Assembly (NCBI GenBank): GCA_043228905.1
Contig: JBHGNT010000011.1
Coordinates: 12,958,001 to 13,022,000, forward strand
Source of the DNA: Azolla caroliniana
Taxonomy: Eukaryota > Plantae > Polypodiophyta
DNA: 64,000 nucleotides
Direction of reading: 5' to 3'
Position 1 is the stretch's first letter, and each line of letters begins with the position of its first letter. This document shows positions 58,637-64,000 of this stretch, piece by piece. Both the position numbers and the translations under genes were made by a program. A model generated the notes under the pieces. It did not search any database, was not told the DNA's origin, and was given only the letters and a program-made list of their open reading frames with translations.

Positions 58637-59824
58637 TATCTCCCATCTTTAAATAGTCATGGTCCCCGACTGTGTAAGTCAAGAAGCACTCTCTCGACAG
58701 AGTGACATGGAAAGATGCACTAGAATCGAACACCCAAGTGCAATCTTCACTTGTAAGAACATGATCTTCTCTGCACTTGTAGCTTTGTCTGATGTGCCCT
58801 TTTCATCAAGAATCTTCTTGGGTTCAACATTATTACCGACACCCTTGTCCTTCTTGAGGTGTCCAGGCTTTCCAGAATAGAAGCATGTCAATTTGCCTCT
58901 GGACTTGGATTTGGCATGGAACTTGTCCCTTCTTTGTGGACTTCTTTGCCAATTTCTTCCTCTGCTAGTTTGTTGAGTCAGGTTTAACTCCAATTGAGAC
59001 AGGACACCATTGTCCTTCCTTCTCGTCTCCTCATTCAAGATGCTTGTCTTTACCGCTTATAGAGACCAATTCTTTTCTTGACATGAAGTGTTGAGAGTCA
59101 CCACCAGATTCTCCCAATTGTCTGACAACGTACACAGTAGTAGGATGGCCTACATTTCATCCTCAAGGGGAAACTTGGTTGCCGCAAGTTGGTTCACATA
59201 TCCCATGAATATGCTTACATGCTCCACTATGCTTTCTCCATCCCTGTATTTCAGCCTCACAATCTTTCTCATCAAGAGATGTTTTGTTGAGGGCGTTCTT
59301 CCTCTCATATAGACTTGACAGCTTCTACCACATCTCATAGGCATTTGTGTTTTTCGCCACATGCTACAGGACACTTACATCGACACACTGTCTAATGGTG
59401 GCCACTACCTTTCTATTCAAAAGTTTCCATTTAGATTCTAATACCCCCGTGGGTATTTCTACTTTGTCAATTGGCTCGCATAGGTCTTTGACTATGAGAA
59501 GCTCTTCCATGTTTATCTTCCAATCTGCATGGTTTTGAGAGTTTAGAACTATCATACCTGGGACGCCACTCATACCTCCTTCCATCTTTCCCCTTCACTC
59601 TGATACCATATTGATGGGATTCGATCTCTGAGATCGTGAGGAAGACCGATTGTGAAATACACAATAATGTGGAAACAGAAAACAACAAAGAATACATAGT
59701 TATATGTGGAAACCCTAAACAAGGAAAAAACCACGGGAACAGAGATCCACTATACAATGGAGAATACAAAGAAGACAATATACAATAATCTCTATGTGCA
59801 GAGTGTATTAGCCACGCAGGGCTT
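58637..59824 (-). mobile_element. Ty1/copia element N fragment (partial 5' LTR, PBS, gag, start of protease)
   Basis: LTR from 59612, PBS 59597-59608, MEGGMSGVPGMIVLNSQNHADWK at 59585, WMFDSSASFH. Confidence 0.85.
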
Positions 59825-62800
59825 TGACGGGAACTATACGCTCCTTCTACGCAACGCTTGGCCACAACCGAGCTTAGAATCATACACAGAAAATGGGAAA
59901 TAAAACGCACGACACAAAGAAGAGAAGAGTACACAGGATGTTTACGTGGAAAACCCAAACTAGGGAAAAACCACGGCAGCCCACAGGCTGCAAACTATCA
60001 CTATGCTAGAATGTACAACAGTGAGTTCACGGAGGCAACGACCTCATGCTCACGATCTTCGCCACAGGCGGTGGTTACAACAGAGGCAGCGACCTCTTCC
60101 TCTCACTCTCTCTCTCTCTGTACACAGTTACACGCTCTAATCTCGCACAGACAAGAATAACAACCAACGTCTAAAAGATTGCCCTAAGTCATATTTATAC
60201 TAATATGACTTTTTCGGCTATTTACAAATATAGCCATGATGGACTCTCAAAAACATATTTACGAATATGTCTCTTCATCCGGTTCTCACCGGGTCTGCAC
60301 CATCCAGCTCTTCGTAGCCGGGTACTCCTCATCTGGTTCTCACCGGGTCTGCACCATCTGGCTCTCCGTAGCCGAGTACTCCTCATCCGGTTCTCACCGA
60401 GTCTGCACCGTCCGGCTCTCCATAGCCGGGTACTCCTCATCCGGTTCTCACCGGGTTTGCACCATCCGGCTCTCCGTAGCCGGGTACTCCTCATCCGGTT
60501 TCGGCCTCGGCCGAGTTTGTTCATCAGCACTGTTCTTCTCCCTTCCCATCCGGAGGGACCTGTCTCCCAACAAACTCCCCCTTCACTCCGGCATGGGGTG
60601 TCTTGCTAATCCGATCCTCTTCCGGCATGCATCCAGCTTGTTGGGTATCAGCACTTTGGTCAGCATATCTGACCCGTTCTCGGCCGTGTGGATCTTCGTC
60701 AGTGCGAACTCCTGGTCATCTACTCTTTCCCGGATCCAGTGATACCTTCGTTGGATATGCTTCGTCCGGGAATGATAGGCCGCATTCTCAGCAAGGTGGA
60801 TGGCACTTTGACTGTCGCAATAGAGTCGTTATTCATCTTGCCGGATACCGAGCTCTCCGATGAAGTCCTTCATCCATAATATTTCCTTGCCGGCTTCCAC
60901 AGCCGCCATGTACTCCGCCTCCGTGGTTGACAATGCAACCGTCTTCTGCAGCCTCGACTGCCACGAAACAGCTCCCCCTGCATATGTCATTACATACCCG
61001 GATGTAGACCGGCTGGTATCCACATCAGCTGACATGTTCGAATCGGTAAAACCGTCAAGTTGAGGTTTTCCGGAGCCGAATCGGAGACACATATTTGAAG
61101 TGCCCTTCAAATACCAGAGTATCCATTTGACCGCGTTCTAGTGCTCCTTGCCGGGATTGCTCATAAACCGGCTCACCACTCCGACTGCGTATCCTATATC
61201 CGATTGGGTACACACCATTGCGTACATTAACCTCCCGACGGCAGAGGCATATGGAATCTTCATCATATCTGCCTTCTCTGCTTTCGTCTTCGGGCTTTGC
61301 TTACCGGATAACCTGCAGTTTGCCGGAAGTGTCGATCCGACCGGTTTCGCATCCGACATGTTGAACCGGTGAAGCACCTTTGTCACGTACTTCTCCTATG
61401 ACAGCCATAATTGCTTCACTGACCGGTTCCGGATAATGTGCATCCCCAGCATCTGCCTTGCCGGACCCAAGTCTTTCATTGAGAAGGTCCGGTTGAGAGC
61501 CTTCTTCAGCATTCGTATTTTGACTTGGTCCCGTCCGACGATCAACATGTCATTCACGTACAGAAGGAGTATCAGGAAGTCGCCTCCTTCAAACTTCTTC
61601 ACAAACACGCAGTGATTGGTCTGCGTCTTGTGGTACCCTTGATCGGCCATGAAGGAGTCGAACTTCCGGTACCATTGTCGTGGAGCCTGCTTCAACCCAT
61701 AGAGGCTCTTCTTCAACCGGCAAACCAAGTGCTCCTTCCCTTTCTCCACAAATCCTTCCGGTTGTTGCATGTAGATCTCCTCTTCGAGGTCGCCGTGAAG
61801 GAATGTCGTCTTCACGTCCAGCTGTTCTACCTCGAGGTCCATGCTTGCTGCTATACTCAGCACCGTCCAGATGGAGGTCATCTTTACTACCGAGGCAAAT
61901 ATCTCGTCGAAGTCCACGCCCTTCTTCTGCTGGAACCCCTTCACCATGATCCTGGCTTTGTATCTCGGGGGGTTGCCGGCATCTCCCGGTTTCAACTTGT
62001 ACACCCACTTGTTTCGGAGTGCCCGCTTTCCTTTCGGCAACTCCACCAATTCGTACGTATGGTTCTCATGCATGGAATCCATCTCATCCTACATGGCACT
62101 TAACCATTTGCGGTTATGGGTGTCATCCTTCGCTTCTTCGAAGCTTTCCGAGGCGCCCTTCTCTCTCTGAGAGGATATCTCCGTCTTCGGGCTTCGGTAA
62201 CCGGCTCCTCCATTTGGCCTTCATCCGAATCCGATTCGGGGTCTTGGCCGGTTCCGGTTTCAGCTTCCTCTACTTCTTCTTCAGCCTGTTCGGTATCCTC
62301 ACCGTAACCGGTTGGTCCCTCGAGTGTTAACCGGTCTCTTGCCGGTTGAGTCTGCTCATCGTAGAATCGATCCTTACCGGTCGACTCGGAGTTCATTATC
62401 TTCTTCTCCGACTCCCAATCTGCGAGCGGCTTGTCCTCCATGAAGATGATATCTCGACTCCGGAATACCTTCTTGTTGACCAGGTCCCACACTCGGTAGC
62501 CGAACTCATCGTCACCGTAACCGAGGAATATGCATGGCCGGGTCTTTGGATCTAACTTTCCTCTCCAATCCTTAGCTACATGCACATACGTGAGACACCC
62601 GAACACCTTCAGATGCCGGTAGGATACTTCCTTACCGGTCCACACTCTCTGTGGCGTGTCTCCGTCCAAGGTAAATTCGAGCCGGATTCCCTTCGAGCGA
62701 CAGTACTCCTCGAACTGCCCCCGGTATTCACCTCCGTTATCTGCTCGAACCGCCTTCAGCTTCCGGCCGATTTCTCTTTCCACTCTCGCATGGAGCTCTT

Positions 62801-63328
62801 TGAAGACGGATAGCACCTGATCCTTCGTCTTCAACAGTGTGGCCCACAGCTTCCGGCTGTGGTCATCAATGAACGTCACGAAGTACTGTGCTCCGGCATG
62901 TGACTTCGTGTCTACTTGACACACATCCGTATGCACCAACTCCAGTGGTGCATTACGTCTCATCGGTGGCCTTGGTAGGAAGGAGGTCCGGTTTTGCTTA
63001 CCGACCAGACAATCAGTGCACTTCTCCAAGTGCACATTCTTCACTGGAATGAGGTTGTCGTCTGCAAGCCTCTTCATCCCCTTCTCGTTCATATGACACA
63101 GCCTCTTATGCCACAGCTCACCGGCAATGTCGAATGCCACGTTCACTTCTTCCGGACATAACCGGGCATTCATCAGGTACAGTGTGTTGACCTTCCGGGC
63201 CCGAGCCACAATCAGGCTCCCTTTGCTGAACTTCATGACACCGTTCCAGATGCTACCCATGTAGCCTTCATCATCTAGCCGACCGGCTGATATCAGGTTC
63301 AGACGAACCTCCGGAACGTGTCGGACAT
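59825..63328 (-). mobile_element. Ty1/copia element O (B family), 3' LTR and pol, inserted in the N LTR
   Basis: LTR 59825-60572, PPT, pol 60583-63328 with stops and small deletions. Confidence 0.9.
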
Positions 63329-63413
63329 TGTAAAAAGCAACGTGCGGAAGCAGGTATGAAGACAGAACAGAGGAAGGAAACTCAGGTTCAATGGAGATCT
63401 TAGGCTTACACAG
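63329..63413 (-). mobile_element. LTR fragment P of a C-family copia inserted in O
   Basis: tgtaaaaagcaacgtgcggaagcaggtatgaagacagaacaga matches 8892 onward. Confidence 0.85.
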
Positions 63414-64000
63414 TGTCGAGGTATTCCTCGCGGATGCGTGGAATGAGGTGGGACCTCGGGGGTCCTGTACCGAAGAGCAAGAGAGAAAGGAGAAGAGACC
63501 CACTGCGTGCGAGCGTAGATTCACAGGGACACGGCCCTTCGACACAAAGACGCGAGTGGGACCACGACATAGAGAGACACGAATGTATGTATGTCTTAAC
63601 AAAGACAAACAATCAAAACACGGAGTCAGTTACAACCGAACAGGCCGGCAAACAGATGCTGATGCCTGTTCGCAAACGCGCAGAAAGGAAGGAGAGGGTT
63701 AGAGGTGCTGCCGGAAGCACTCGGGCATTCCTCAGAGCAGCGCGAGCCTCACGAAACCTGCACAGAAAGAAGCTATGGAGTTTGCGAGCCAGAGAGAGAG
63801 AGAAGCCTTCGCCCACAAACCGACAGCACTTCGTCCTCGACTCTCCGCGATTCCCTCCCCCTTCTCGTCTCCCTCCTTTTATAGGCAAGGAAGGAGCCGT
63901 TTCCCCTTTACTTCCTACCCACTAAATCTACCTACTTCGGATCTTCCATGTCCCTAATTCTTTCTTATGTACAACGTAAGGCGTACGTGCATGAAGAGCC
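63414..64000 (-). mobile_element. Gypsy LTR Q inserted in P, runs off the window
   Basis: Starts TGTCG; shares motifs with D and H LTRs (gaggtgggac..cggggg, cgacagcacttcgtcc, cttttatag). Confidence 0.8.

Noticed and set aside
62100-63608. 502-aa ORF with a novel N-terminus
   Set aside because: Chance read-through from the Q and P LTRs into O integrase

Overview
This is eukaryotic, plant-type DNA. After about 3.7 kb of AT-rich host sequence ending in a LINE RT remnant, the rest of the window is one nest of about 18 LTR-retrotransposon insertions. Ty1/copia elements (tRNA-iMet PBS, 5-bp TSDs) are labelled A, B, C, E, I, N, O, P plus three solo LTRs. Ty3/gypsy non-chromovirus elements (tRNA-Trp PBS) are labelled D, F, G, H, J, K, Q. 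Only copia E (16626-22091) is intact. No host protein-coding, rRNA or functional tRNA gene was found. Main observations: (1) five gypsy copies from two divergent families end Gag-protease at GAT-TTT-TAG (four as G-GAT-TTT-TAG), with Pol in the -1 frame and a predicted pseudoknot, i.e. a candidate -1 ribosomal frameshift signal; (2) the gypsy elements make 4-bp TSDs almost always centred on CpG (NCGG); (3) intact copia E looks like a capsid-swap recombinant; (4) the K LTR carries tRNA-like Pol III A/B boxes; (5) a 429-bp foreign insert in the K protease has frame-restoring splice-like ends; (6) four copia insertions cluster in the homologous protease region. All calls were made by eye, with no alignments or database searches.
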